A stretch of 64,000 bases of DNA from Callorhinchus milii (Eukaryota): assembly GCF_018977255.1 (NCBI RefSeq), contig NW_024704743.1, positions 45,448,001-45,512,000 of the forward strand, in the 5' to 3' direction. The notes under the pieces were generated by a model that did not search any database, had not been told where the DNA came from, and was given only the letters and a program-made list of their open reading frames with translations. The first letter of the stretch is position 1. Each line of letters begins with the position of its first letter. Shown one piece after another: positions 1 to 13,041 of the stretch. The translations under genes and the position numbers were made by a program.

Positions 1-194
1 TCAGGAACCAATGTGCCACACAAGCAGGAAATATTAGCCTCTATTTTAGATGAATGAAACATCCAGACTGCTGAAAATCACATTTTCATTCTGTCACTCT
101 CCTGGTATTTATTTTCTCAAAAGTATTGCTGAATAAATGAACAGCTACTGGTATGTTTATTTTTGATCACTTTTCTCTGATTTTCCCTCTATTT

Positions 195-625
195 CCGTCC
201 AGTTCAATGCTGAAGCATTGCATTGTCCGAGGTGGGGCCTTCAGACGAGATATTAAACCAAGGTCCTGTCTGCCTGTTCCAGGTGCACGTTAAAGATTTG
301 GGGGAGAGAATGGAAGTTTCTCACGGTGCTATGGCAAACAATCTCCCAGATAAAATTGGTCATTAATTTTGTATCAGGAAAATGCCTCAAAGGGCTTTAC
401 ACAGGTACCAGGGTGGGCGGAGGGGGAGAGAGTTGAAGAGGTGGGCAGGGAGAATAATCTCTCAGATAAAATTGGTCATTAATTTCATAGCTTTGTTGGA
501 CATTGCTGTGTGTAAATTTGCTACGTTTGCCTAGAAAAACAGAGTCTGTACACTTTGCAATTTGTGGATTGCTTTGAGACACTTCAATGACATGTTAATT
601 GTCAAAATCAAGGAATATTATTATT
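195..625 (+). mobile_element. Older Deu-domain SINE (SacSINE1/AmnSINE1-like), interrupted by an 86-bp insert
   Basis: gcattgtccgaggtggggccttcagacgagatattaaaccaaggtcctgtctgcc...gttaaagat is a Deu-domain motif; L2-like tail. Confidence 0.75.
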
Positions 626-1363
626 TTCTATTTCTTAACTGTTTTCCAATTTTCATTTTATTTTCTCTGTCTTTCTGTCCTCCTCTCATATCCAGTGTGC
701 ATTTTGTATCTTGTACACAATGCATTTTCCTGGCCATTAATTAAGTTGTTGAACAGATTTGTCTCCCTGACTCTGTTTCTTATAATATAATAATATAATA
801 ATAATCCTTGCATTTGATATAGTGCTTTTCACGTCTTCTAGACATCTCAAAGCGCTTCACACAATATGCTGTAAAGTGAATTGACTGTATATTTGTTGGC
901 GAAAGTACTGTAAGTACTGTAAGTAACTTCTTGTAAGTACTGAACCAGGGCACACTCAGTGCTGAGGGCAGGCGGACACCAGGTTGGAGGGAGTACTGGG
1001 AGAGGAAGGAGCGCAGATCACAGATGATAACTCGTTCCAGTATCTTGTAGAACCAGGGCAGGTTAGGTTTTGGATACAGACAGTACAATACAATGCAATA
1101 CAAATTACATTCGTATCGCACTGTTCATGTCAGGAGGACGTCCCATTGTCTGCATGTTAGTTTTTTTTGATAATGTGATTGGTTGTTGCTTTAAATAAAC
1201 AAATAAAACTTTCATTTATTTAGAGGCTTTCACATCAGGAGAACGCCTCAAAGGGCTTTACCCAGCTGACTAGGAACCAGGTTGGGAGGAGGGGGAGAGA
1301 GGTGAAGAAGGTGGGGAGGGAGAATGAATACTGAAAGCACGATCAAAGAGGTACGTCTAATGG

Positions 1364-1432
1364 GGAACTTTATAACACGATGGTTTGGGTCCATAAACTC
1401 AGACATGCATTAGAACAGGGCATGTTATAAAA
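1364..1432 (+). mobile_element. Possible Tigger/pogo-type MITE terminal relic; second related piece at ~24049-24090
   Basis: gaactttataacacgatggtttgggtccataaactc resembles gtagaacccattataacacctagtggctccataaaatc and Tigger-like TIRs. No matching opposite end found. Confidence 0.35.
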
Positions 1433-4180
1433 ATGGTTGTTAATCAGTGCTTCTGGGCCGTCAGATGTGTGCGGCATGGAGGAAGCCAGCCACCATTCTT
1501 GTAAGCATTTCCAACAGCTCATTAGACATTGGGAGGTCGTCTGCGTCTTCGAGCTATGTGCAGGTCAGTCAACACCGGAAGCTGGAAATGTACCGCAAGG
1601 TTGGTATAACTCAGGCCCACAGTGCGACTGCACTATAAGAGCAGCCCATTCCCTGGTACGCAGGTGAACCCACTCTGTACCGGGTACATCATAACATGTT
1701 TTGTATAATTTTAAAACAATATTATTTTTTCTGGTGTCTGAAGCGTGTCTGACACATATGGAAATCCATCACCATGCTTAAGAGTATCCAAAACCAGATT
1801 GAGAGCTCCATCAAAACATGAACATTTCCCTGTGTCTGGAATACAATATGCATCCTGAACCTGGAAGGTCACATCCTGCTTACCCAGAGAGTATTAGGCA
1901 CAGGTTGGCAAGAGCCAAGTGGTATGCATTAATAAAAATGTCTGGTGCAGAAATACTCATTTGTCAGACTTCTGATTCCTGCAATGCAACCATACAGAAT
2001 TTTAAATCTGGGATATATTCAGACTTTGGCCACTGAAATACCAAACAGTTACAACCAATGCCAAGACCTTGCCTAGTTCAGTATTAACATTCCACTGAGT
2101 TGGAGTTTAGCTGTATTGTCATTAAATATTGACCCGAGCACTCAAGTGGGTTATCGGTGACCTGCTGCACAGTTTCACTACATGGATCAAATCTCATTTT
2201 CCATCTGCCTATGGACCCTTGTGCTCCTGCCAACTTGAGTATCAAACATATGCACAGCTAATCCCACCTTGTCCTTACAGCTTCATCCTCAAATGACCTT
2301 GGATTGTAAGTAAACCTTTTTTTTTGCCCCGCAAAAATAATAATGTGACAAATGTTTTAATTTCTCAGTTATTGACCCACAAAACACACACTGTACGGTA
2401 CTTTCTGTGAAACGCTTTGAGATGTCCTTGTGATGTAAAAAGCACTAAACCAAATGTAAGGATTATTAGGATTTTTATTAAAATAAAAAATAGAACTGTA
2501 AATATTTACAGCAGAGAAGAAGGCCATTCAGCTCATCGTGTCTGTGCTTGCTTTTTTAAAAGCAATCCTTTCAATCCTATTTACCTGTCCTGTCCTGATA
2601 GGTATTTGTTCAGTTCCCTCTTGCAGCCCATTCCCTGGTATTGCAGAAAAACCCATTTTGTACTAGGTATATCATAACATCTTGAAGGCAAGCATGGGTT
2701 CTGCTTCAATTATATCCACATCCTAACTTGCATGAAGATTTTTTTCCTAATCTCCCCATTTGCCACTCTCAGAAGTTGCTATACTTCACCGAAAATTCTG
2801 TGAAGTATCGTGACTGTTGAAAGTGACAAATAGGCTTTGAGGTGTTCTCCCGACATGAAAGGCGCTATATCAAATGCAAGGATTGTTTTTATTATTATTT
2901 TTGCCCAGAACTGGGTTTGTGTTAAGATGTAATTAAGGGAAAATATGCATATGACCTTATGCACTTGCCTGAACTTGCCAATGGCTGATCAATGATAAAA
3001 TAAAAGCTACTTCAAGCTTCAGTCTTTGTACAGAAACAAAAGCAAAGTTTCTGTGGTTGGGACAAATCAACAAGAAAAAAATGTCAGACAGCAAGACAGC
3101 TGGAAACGACTTACTTACTATAAGAAATATCAAACAGATATTCAGATTGCCTGACAATCAATGACTGCATTAGCTGAATGATGAGTGAAAACATGGAATT
3201 CATTTCCCATCGAAAAACTTAAGATGCAGTGGAGACAAGGGGAAATATACCAATCTACATAAGAGATCAGTTGTATTTCTGTTCTGTGCTTATGCCTCAC
3301 AATATTGTCATTAACGTGTCAATTCAGCTTTGGGTACCTTTGAGTTTCTCTAAGGATTGTCAGAAACTAAAAAATTTAAAAAAGCAGATTTTTTAGATAT
3401 TTTATGGCTGATGTGCAGCAGTTTTGTGGTTTTGTTGTGTTTCTGAGGCATTGCTTGTACTGATGATCTGGGGTGGGTGAGTCTGGGAGGGGTGTGGCCT
3501 GGGAGTAGGGTGGTCTGGGGAGGGTGGTGGTGTGATTGAAACATCTCAAAGCACTTTTCAGAATTTTACTGTGAAGTGCAGTGAATGTGCATTTGTAGGC
3601 CATGAAGTGAATAACCAATTTGATTTGGGGGATTGTTAGCCAGGATGTATGTGTGTCTACGTGGACTAAGGATGAAGGTATTATTTGGCAAGTGTAACCC
3701 TTCCTTTAGAAACCTAACAGTACTTTTCTCATCAATGTTTCATGCTATAGATAATTTATTGCGTGAGGTCATGGGGAAGGAATTCAATTCTAAATGATCA
3801 ACAATAATACTAATCTTTGCATTTGGTATAGCACTTTTCATGTCAGGAGAACTTCCCACAACGCTTCACATAATCTTACTATGAAGTAGAGTGACTGTAT
3901 AATTGTGGGTAACATTCTCAATCTGGTGAAAATTGTGGGGTAATTGCGAGAGCCCTGGTTTTGTGCTTGCTATCTGTCAAAGAAGATCATGCTCCAGGCT
4001 CAATTGGAGAGCCCAGGTATTTGTAAGGGAAGTTTAATTCTTTGTGGCCCAAAATATAAATCCTCAGAGCCAATAACTGTGAGAAGGAGAAAAGTCTGGA
4101 TTTCTACAGGGAAGCATTCCACCTCCGCCTAGATTTACTCTGTCAATGTAACATTTCAGAACATCTAGAATTTGCCGAAT

Positions 4181-4313
4181 TCTGACAAAAAGTCATTGAC
4201 CTGAAACGTTGACTTATTTTCCTTTCTCCATAGATGCTGCCTGACCCGTTGAGTGTTCCCTATAACTTCTGTTTTTATTTCAGATTTCCAGCATCTGCAG
4301 TATTTTGCCTTTG
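4181..4313 (+). mobile_element. Penelope-like element terminal (pLTR) fragment; more degraded copy at ~23505-23610
   Basis: tctgac...gtcattgacctgaaacgtt...ctccatagatgctgcctgacc...gtttttatttcagatttccagcatctgcagtattttgc, a terminus I recognise from cartilaginous-fish Penelope-type repeats. Confidence 0.6.
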
Positions 4314-4399
4314 TTAACTGAGCCTAGCTGAATTAGCTAGGAACTTTAATTTGATATCCTGATGTATTATGCCAATAATTATACCATTAATGCTATAAC

Positions 4400-4750
4400 A
4401 GGGACGCTCCATTCAGTTTTTCAGGGATGAGTTTTGACAATGGACAAATATTAGCGAGAACAAAAACAACCTACATTTACATAGCGTCCTTCTCGAGGAT
4501 AATGTCGCAGAGTACTGAAATATTTGGACACCAAATAGTACCACCACACAAATCTTCCATGTCCTCTTGAAATACCAGATGGGACCTCGCCTTAACATCA
4601 CATCGGAAAGGTTGACACCTCTGATAATGCTGCTTCTTGCCATTGCTTTGGTGTCTCAGCTTACATTCTGAGGTCAAGTCCCATTTGGGGCTTGAATCCA
4701 TAACCTCCTCACCCAGAGGCAAGAGGGCCAGCCATTGCCGAAAGCTGATA
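4400..4750 (-). mobile_element. Older Deu-domain SINE, diverged
   Basis: Minus strand reads a tRNA-like head (ggttatggattcaagccc), then cagcattatcagaggtgtcaacctttccgatgtgatgttaaggcgaggtccc. Confidence 0.65.
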
Positions 4751-5508
4751 CATTTGGTAACACTTACAGTTGACCCGAGTGGGAGAAAAAACTGTATGCT
4801 TGCATAACTTTAGATCTGACCTACTGTGAAGAGGCAAAGTGTAAGGGAATGGAACAAAGAGAGAATGTATAACAGTTGGAAAAACAGCTGAATTAGTGAG
4901 TGAGTGAATGAGCAAGAGAGGGAGGGAGGGAGGATTAAAAACAAAAGTTACTGTGTGAAAGCCAGTTACATCAGTTTAACAGAGAAAACTAAAGCTTGAG
5001 ACATATGATGGCAGCTTCCAGAAGCTCTATTCACTATTTCCTATTTATTATTGAATATTTACCATTCAGACTGAATCATGGCACTCCGAACCATCAGTAA
5101 TTGAGTTCTGCCCTACCGGATTATTAGATAAAGACAGTGAACTTTATGCGGAATAAAGAGTAATTACAATGGGTCAGATCAAGGGCCATGAATAAAGGGC
5201 TCTTAAAATAATCAGTCTTCCAACCTATCAACTCCACCTCTGGTGAGTTATTTCAAGAACAAAGGCACTGGCCTGGGATAAAGAAAAGTACAAGCTGTAC
5301 CATGAAAGCTTGTTACAGTCAGGAATTAAATTAACTGACAGAAAGAAGCTTTTTAAACGCTAATACTATTTAATTTAATGACAGATATGTGAATTGATAG
5401 TACAGTGACACGGTCTCTATGGGTACAAAATGTACATACAGTAAAAAGCCACATGATCCACATTAATTTGAAACCAGCTGCTTTGTAGATATAATAAACA
5501 GTGCAGTT

Positions 5509-5775
5509 ATAATAATAATACTTGCATTTGACATAGCGCTTTTCATGTCTTCTTGACGTCTCAAAGCGCTTCACAAAAGTAAACTGAATTGACTGTACAT
5601 TTGTGGGCAAATCTGCTGTTTCTGCTGATGCTGTCCAGTTCCCCATCTCAGTTTCAAACAGTCGTGGAGTGAGTGACCAAATTATTATTGTTTTTTTTGA
5701 AGGATTATTATCCCTGGAAAAGCGATCTGCCAATCAAGTAACAATAGGGATCCTACTGACTGCTAGGTAAACACG
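5509..5775 (-). mobile_element. Partial tRNA-derived SINE (3' part, internally rearranged)
   Basis: Tail and central-segment motifs; no head. Confidence 0.75.
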
Positions 5776-6149
5776 TATCAGGTCTTTGTGTGTATGTGTG
5801 GGTAGGGGTTCTATGTATTTTGCTCTTTTTCTCTATCTGACAATCTCTTAATCCAACTCATTCTTTCTCAGAGAGCTGGAGAGAAGGTCCCCTCCCACCT
5901 TGCCATGGTTTTGCCCTGAGATGTGCACATGCAGCCTTCACCTGCTCAGGGCACGCACCAGACCAGTACAAATGTCTTGCTGCTGTGTGACTGTGTCACG
6001 TATTTTGAGAAGATCTGAGGCCTAAAATTCCACCTGTTCTTAGACGGTAAAGCCATTTTCATGTTGCAGCTTTTAAGACCGCAGAATTCTGAAAATGTTT
6101 TGGAAAATCGTTTATTTTGAAGAACTGCCGAAAATCATCTTAATAGTGA

Positions 6150-6545
6150 TCCTCTCAATTGATATAGAGCCTTGTCATATCATCAACACATCTCAAAGTG
6201 CTACACAGGATTTTCTGTATTATGTAGTGACTCTGTATTTTGTACAATCAATTTGCACTCAGCAATGTCCCAAAAAACACCGTGAAGTGAATGATTAAGT
6301 TCACCCAAGGGATTATTGTCAGGACACTGAGAGAAATCCCTTTCTCCTTTCAAATAGTGCAATGGGACTTTTAATGCCCACTTGGACAAGAGTATAGGAC
6401 CTCGGTTTAACTAACTTAAGGACGGCACCTCTAACATTGCAGTTCTCCCCCAAAACTGTATCAGAGGGTCAGCTTCGGCTGTGACCTAAAAGTCCCGACC
6501 CACAATATTCTGACTCAGAATGCTACCAACTGAGCCAGGTTGATG
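6150..6545 (-). mobile_element. Older Deu-domain SINE
   Basis: ggacctcggtttaac...aaggacggcacctctaacattgcag and head ctaccaactgagcc. Confidence 0.75.
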
Positions 6546-7591
6546 CTTGACATCTGACAGCTTCCAAATTGAGACCAAATATTTTCACAATTCTGCACAA
6601 TTTTACATTTTCAGACAGAGACTGGATGGAATTTCATTCCTCAGATCCAGCACAAATTTCGGTGCCTGAAAAAACAAAACCAGGCAGAAGCTGAAGGGGA
6701 AAAACAGGCAGCAATGATAGATAGAAACTGAGGTGGGGAACTCGACAGCATCAGCAGAAACAGCAGAGAACTAAATGAAACCTGCCAAGTGGAAGACTGT
6801 GTATATTATGGAAAACCATAGCCTGTTCCAAAAATGTAACACAATTAATAGGTTCAGATTACTTTGTAAACTGCTTGAACTTTGCTCATACAACTTATCT
6901 GAATCTCTCAGCTGGGTTCCAAGCTGCTAACATAATATTATTGGCTAGCTGTTATTATGTGCTGTTTAAAGCCTATGATTGTAATCTAGAACTTTTAAAA
7001 ACATACAATATCCTTTCTGTGAATCACATGATATTGTTATCTACAATAATGACATCAGAAAGAGCAGTGATACCCTTTTGTATGTTGCTGCATCCATTGC
7101 TGGCTAACTCTGCACTGGAGAATCTTTAAACATCAGATGATGACTCATTTTCTGAAACAATTTAATGAAAACGCTGCCAATTGCACGAAAAAGAAGACAG
7201 GCACAAGTGAATTAGTGGCCTGATTTTGACTTTCAGAGAAAATACAAATGGCAAAAAAAAGGCAAGCTTTTCCTCTGACAGTCTGCATGATCTGAAAATC
7301 TGTAAATGAATATCACACTCATTTATTTGAATTTCTCATTACCAAACAGGATTAACTTTTCTAAAAAATACCCACCTACAAAAACGTATCTTCTCTTACC
7401 TCTATCAGTAAACATGATGGTTATATTTTCCGTTTCCAGTCCCTAATATACTGTATAATAATGATTCTTGCATTTGATATAGCACCTTTCACATCAGGAG
7501 GTCATCCCAAAGCGCTTCACAGGATATACTGTGAACTGGAGTGACTGTGGATTTGTAGGCAAACCCCTACACATATAGTTCTTAAATCGTG

Positions 7592-7915
7592 GAGTCCAGT
7601 AGTTCAGTGGTTAGAGCACTCACTTTGCCAGTAAGAGACCTAGGTTCGATTCCTGGCAGGGTGAAATGTTGGGCAAATTTCCCTACTCCACATGTCTCTG
7701 TTTACCTAGCAGTAAGTAGGAACCCAGTTGTTAGTCGATTGCCAGATCACTTTCCCGGGGTTAATAATTCCTTAAAAAAACAATAATAATAAATTGATCA
7801 CTTCAATCCACGACTGTTTGTGGGACACTTCTGTGCGTAATTGGCTGCCGTGTTTCTCCCACAAAATATACAGCTAATTCAGTTTATAGTATATTTTGTG
7901 AAGCGGTTTGAGACA
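7592..7915 (+). mobile_element. tRNA-derived SINE, long subfamily, 3' tail truncated
   Basis: tRNA-like head (gtagttcagtggttagagcac...ggttcgattcc, A/B boxes), central ttgggcaaatttccctactcc...tgtttacctagcagtaagtaggaacc, and Deu-type 3' block tgtttgtgggacac...aattggctgcc. Confidence 0.9.
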
Positions 7916-7947
7916 CTTAGCGTGCTAAGTACATTTTGCAATATCTT

Positions 7948-8310
7948 TATAATAATCCCTGCATTTGATGTAGCTCCTTATTATGCTGTCAAGGCTTCTC
8001 AAAGTGCTTGACAGTATTTTACTGTCAAATGTAGTGGCTGTGAAAATGCAGCAGCCAATTTGCACACAGCAATATCCCACAAACAGCTATGAGGTGAATT
8101 ACCAATTTTTATTTTGTAGCTTTATTGTCCAGGACACAAGGATAAACTCCCTTTTCTTTTTTGAATAGCATCATGGAATCTTTAACATCCTCCTAAATAG
8201 GCAGATGGGGACTTGGTTTAAAATCTCATCTGAAGGACGACACTTCTGGCAATGCAGCGTACCTCAGTGTTGTACTGGAGTGTCTGACTAGACTGTGAGT
8301 TCAAAGTCCT
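7948..8310 (-). mobile_element. Older Deu-domain SINE
   Basis: catggaatctttaacatcc...tctcatctgaaggacgacacttctggcaatgcagc, with tail. Confidence 0.75.
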
Positions 8311-10887
8311 GAAGTGGACAGGCACGTCAGTTCTTTAGGAATATATGGAAGCTTAGGATTTTCTTAGCACATTCTGTAACATATCCAAAAGTTTTCAAAT
8401 CTGTTATGAGAACATGACATTTTATACCCCTCTATTTTTTTCTGGTAATGGATTTATTCAAGGCTTTGTCTCCTGGGCATTGCTCTAGCAACTCAAAGTA
8501 ACATGTAGTCATGCTCAGTAAGACATTATAATTCTGCAGACCTGCACCACCAGACAAATTTCAGAATTTGTCCAATTTTGCATTATGCAAAGCATTATGA
8601 TTAAATACAGTACTTGTTCTTTAAACCATTACTAGGTTTTGATAGTGGAACATAGGTTAAGCTCATCGAAGCATCATTGTAATAGGCACATACTTCAGAA
8701 TATCTTAGGTTCTCATCATTGCTTCCTTATGTTCTTATGTATCTGAGTTTTCCATCTCCTGTTCAGGACAGAAGAAATGTATTTATGTTATACAGTAGTA
8801 GGTTCACACTTCACAGAGGACAGCTGGTGAATGAACACTAGCCCTGAGGCTCTCATTCCAACACTTAGCTGTTGTTCATGACACATACTTCTGCCAGTTT
8901 CCATTTACATTGGATTTCTAGCCACCTTATGTTATAATAATAATGATCCTTGCATTTGGTATAGCATCTTTTTGCATTTGGTATAGCACCTTTCAGATCA
9001 GGTGGATGTCCCAAAGCACTTTGCAGGATATATTGAGAAGTGGAGTGACAGTGTGTTTTGTGGGCAAATGCGACAACCAAGCTGCCTGCGCACAGCAATG
9101 CCCCACAAATAATAATAATAACCAGAAGGTTGTGGGGTTCAAACCCACAACCTTCTGACTCAAACCTACAACCTATGAATCAGAGGCGAGTGTACAACCA
9201 ACACCTATCAATTCTAATCCTATTCCCCTGACCTTTTGCCATAACCTTTAATATTAGTTTCTAAAATAATCCCTGCTTTTTTAATCCTTGCATTTGATGT
9301 AGCATGTCATCATGATGTCTCAAAACGCTTCACAGGATATACAGTTAAGTGTTTATTTTGTGGAATAAACAATATTACTCTAATGCTCTAATCAGCTCCC
9401 CTTTAAATGTTGTTATGAACTTGGTTCACTGAAACTATCTGCTCAAATCTTCCTGCTCTTACCACATCCTCTTATTAATATTCAAGTGTTTATCCAGTTC
9501 TTGGTTTAAATTATGGTAGACAAAAGTTCCTGCGACAAAAGAGAAGACTATTTAGGTTGCGGTCCAAGTTGCAAGATTTCAAAAGTAAGTAACAAATCCT
9601 TATGTTTCCCAGTCTCAGAAGCAACCGTCTGGAATTACCCTTGGAAGCCAATCTCATTGTGCACTCGGTATTTGAGCTGAATTTTGGAGGGTTGGCCGTA
9701 ATACGTACACGATGGACTATTTACAAATCCTTTTGCGACTCTCGAGATAAATGTTTCACTTCATAGTGTTCTGTGTCTTATTCCTTATACAGTATAAACC
9801 ATAATATATCTTCATAAACTGTGTGATAAAACCAAAGTTATTGCAACAGAAGCAAGGTTACATAGTTAGGTTATCCTAACATCTTCTAGATCACAAACTT
9901 TCATCGGAGCTAAATTTAGAATGCTCTTAGATTGTTTGCTGGATAGTTCAAACTGCAGCAATAAGATCTTGATATCTTTTGTGTAATGAGATATTTTTAC
10001 CCCCTGACCAGAGAACAGATATGAAAATTGGATATTCTTGAAGGGAGAACCGTTCATCTCTCTTACAGACTAATGAAATAGACCATAATATTTTCAGGAG
10101 ATAGAGGGATAGTGGTCAAGGTCATTGCACAGAATCATGTTGAAATTTGTAATTCTCTCCCATAAATTCCTCATAGATTATAACCTTTGAATAAGATGTC
10201 TCCCATCAAACTCTTACAAGTGGATTTAATACCAATAAACTGATTTTAGCAACTGAATTAAGTCGTGAGGTCTCGCTTGTCAATGTTAAATAAAATTAAT
10301 AAGAAAACTAATTTAAAATGGAGCCTCAAGGTATTTGTAATGCGTTGATGTTCTAATGCAGAAATGTCAGCTTTTTTTTAATAAACAAACCGTCTGATGA
10401 CTGTAGGATAGCTTTGTGTCATCTGTGAACTCTGGGGAATTGCTTTCTAAATGTTGACAATCCCCCAAAACAATTCCAATGATATTTTAACTATCTGATT
10501 TAACTAGGGCATTTTATAGCAAGGACTGAAACAGGCTGATTTTTTTACATTGCTCATATTGATAAACACCTTAAAAGCAGTTCACAAGTCATTACTGTCA
10601 AATGCAATTTCTACGGGCGATTATGCGGCAACAGGGTTCCAGCAACAGGCGCAGATGAATTAAACTGCAACAACATCCACAATATTTATTCTGTGCAGGC
10701 TAGAGTCTCAGAACACCACAGAATGGTAAAGTTGGATGCCGAGCAAGAGAGGAGGGAGAGTTGAGCGTATCCTCAGTTGAAGAAATAGGTCTTCAGATAA
10801 TTTAAAAGATTGTTAGCCCAGGGCACCAGGCAAGATTATATTTTGTTTGTGAATAATGTCGCCCCATACGATCTGAGAATCCTGGGT

Positions 10888-11213
10888 TGCGCACCTCCCT
10901 ACCTCTCCGACCTCCTCACTCCCCAATCCACCACCCAGAGCCTCCTGTTCGTCCCTCGCACCCTCCGCTCCACCATCGGAGGTCACGCTTTCAGCCACTA
11001 TGCCCCAAAACTCTGGAACACTCTCCTTCAATCACTCCACCTTGCCCCCTCTCTCCCCTTTTTTAAGTCCCACCTGAAAACCTTCCTCGTTGACCGTGCC
11101 TACGGCCACCTCCCAACCCATCCCCCCGACTCGGAGTCAGGTTTCGCCACTATTAAGTGCTCTGAGACACTACCCTGCATGGAGGGTGCTATATAAGTGC
11201 AAGATGTTGTTGT
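10888..11213 (+). mobile_element. L2 LINE 3' fragment
   Basis: APPYLSDLL...GGHAFSHYAPKLWNTL...FKSHLKTFL is the L2 ORF2 C-terminus; tail present. Confidence 0.88.
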
Positions 11214-12054
11214 ATTCTCACTGTTACTTTATAGGAATACTGCCAGGATGAGTGAGCGATGCCAGGATTGAGATTCACATAGGACAGTCTGTGGCTCCCG
11301 CAGACAATCCTCAACTTGTGGCCCTTAGACAGTCTTTCATCCCTCTTCTCCTTGGATAGCACAAAGGCAGCAGTAATTGGCACACATTCAATTGCCTTCT
11401 ACAACACCCTGCCAAAGCTGCAGTTGTCTGCATTCATTTTGTAGACATATTGCTTACTCAGATCATGATTAAAAAGCCCAGTGTTCAATAAGTCTCATTA
11501 AATATGACACTTTTCTGAGTGTTTTACGTGTTCACTTAAATAACACTTAAAGTAAGGTAAGCACTTAAATATCTGAAGGTGGCCGGTTCAATTGCCCGGG
11601 ATTTGATCTTCAGAGAACCAAATTGGTTCTCATATAATGACCAGTCTTTTTATGTGCTATTTATCTTCTTCATCCCAGGTTTACGTCAGGATCAACACCT
11701 CTTCCTCATCACTTTGTGTTTGACCAGTGTTACTGCTGCACTCTGTTTTTGACCTAACATTGAATGACTAGAGTGGAGTCCAATTTGAGTGCTGTGCTAG
11801 CCCTGGGTAAAGAAATATGTAAAGAGTGGTGGGATTACAGATGATTACATATTGATAAAGACAGCAATAGACAGGTACTATTAGTAACAGTTTACATTTA
11901 TATGGCACCTTTCATATAAGAGCATGTATCAAAGTGCTTTACATAGTCAGAGTGAAATCTCGAGAAGATGAGAAATGGTCGGGGAAATGAGCATACAGGT
12001 GAGAGGCTGAAGATGCAATCATGGGGTAGGTGTATGTTTTGTGTGTGCACCCAG

Positions 12055-12360
12055 CAGTGAATTTGTGCACAGCAATGTCCCACAAACAGTCATGAAGTGA
12101 ATGACTAATTCTATTTGGAGGGTTGTTGACCAGGACACCAAGAGAAACTCCTTTCTCTTTTTGAACAGTGCCATGGGATCTTTAACGTTCTTCTGAACAC
12201 TGGGCTTTGGTTTAAGATCTTATCTGAAGGACGGCAACTCCAACAATGCAGCGCATCACTAGTACTCTAGCGAGTGTCAGCTTAGGCTAAATGAGCTCCA
12301 AAGCCCTCTGTGGGGCTTGAATCCACAATTTTCTGATTCAGAGGTGAGAGTGCTTGAACT
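12055..12360 (-). mobile_element. Older Deu-domain SINE
   Basis: gtgccatgggatctttaacgt...tctgaaggacggcaactccaacaatgcagc, with head ggggcttgaatccacaattttctgattcagagg. Confidence 0.78.
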
Positions 12361-12374
12361 CCATCTGCTGGGGA

Positions 12375-12785
12375 TGGGGAGCTAGTGGAGCCAAGCAAAG
12401 AAGGGGGTGTTAGACACATGGAGCCTGGTGCGGGAGAGGACACAGACTGCAGAGCTCTGAATAGAGCAGCTTGTGTAAGGAAGAGATCAGGAGACTGGTG
12501 AGCAGAGTGTTGGTGTAATCAAGCCTGAACATGATAAAGGCATGGATGAGGGTTTCGCTGGCCTGAGGGGAGATGTAGTGGCAGAGGTGAGGGAAAGCTG
12601 AATGGGTAACAGCACAGATTTGAGGTTTAAAGGACAGCTAGGAGTCAAACAAAGCACCAAGGTTCTGCACTGGCTCCATGAGGTGGAGTGCCCATTCATG
12701 CAGATTGATGTGGTCAGCACCTGAGGTGAGAAGGTGTTGATGGGAGCCAAGCAGAAGAGCTTCTGTCTTGTCGCTGTTCAGCTGC
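12375..12785 (-). mobile_element. L2 LINE internal RT fragment, diverged
   Basis: Minus strand gives degenerate LQLN..KTE, NLGALFDS and ETLIHAFIMFRLDY motifs. Confidence 0.75.
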
Positions 12786-13041
12786 AACATACGATACCCA
12801 GAAAATTGGAAAACAATACACAGTCCTTGATTGGTGAACTTGCTCTTGAGTAAGACTACGTCTTACCTTAGATATTTATTCCAATCAACTAAAAACCCTT
12901 TGTTGCTGAGCTGGTGAATTTAGCTTTGTTAGAACATCCTTCTTGAGTGGATTCCTAGCTACCACATAGGGCGTTGTACAAGTCATTATCATGTAACAGC
13001 TTATGCTGACTGATATGTTGCTTGAAAAAAAATCTGTGTCA

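Noticed and set aside
780..1121. Recurrent ORF peptides such as '[33 protein letters not shown]' and 'MESCSSVVRAL...'
   Set aside because: Chance translations of the non-coding SINE consensus; they recur because of copy number, not because of a protein family.
1437..1667. GC/CpG-richer segment with two overlapping short ORFs
   Set aside because: No recognisable domain or convincing splice sites; it lies next to a MITE-like relic and is probably transposon-internal sequence.
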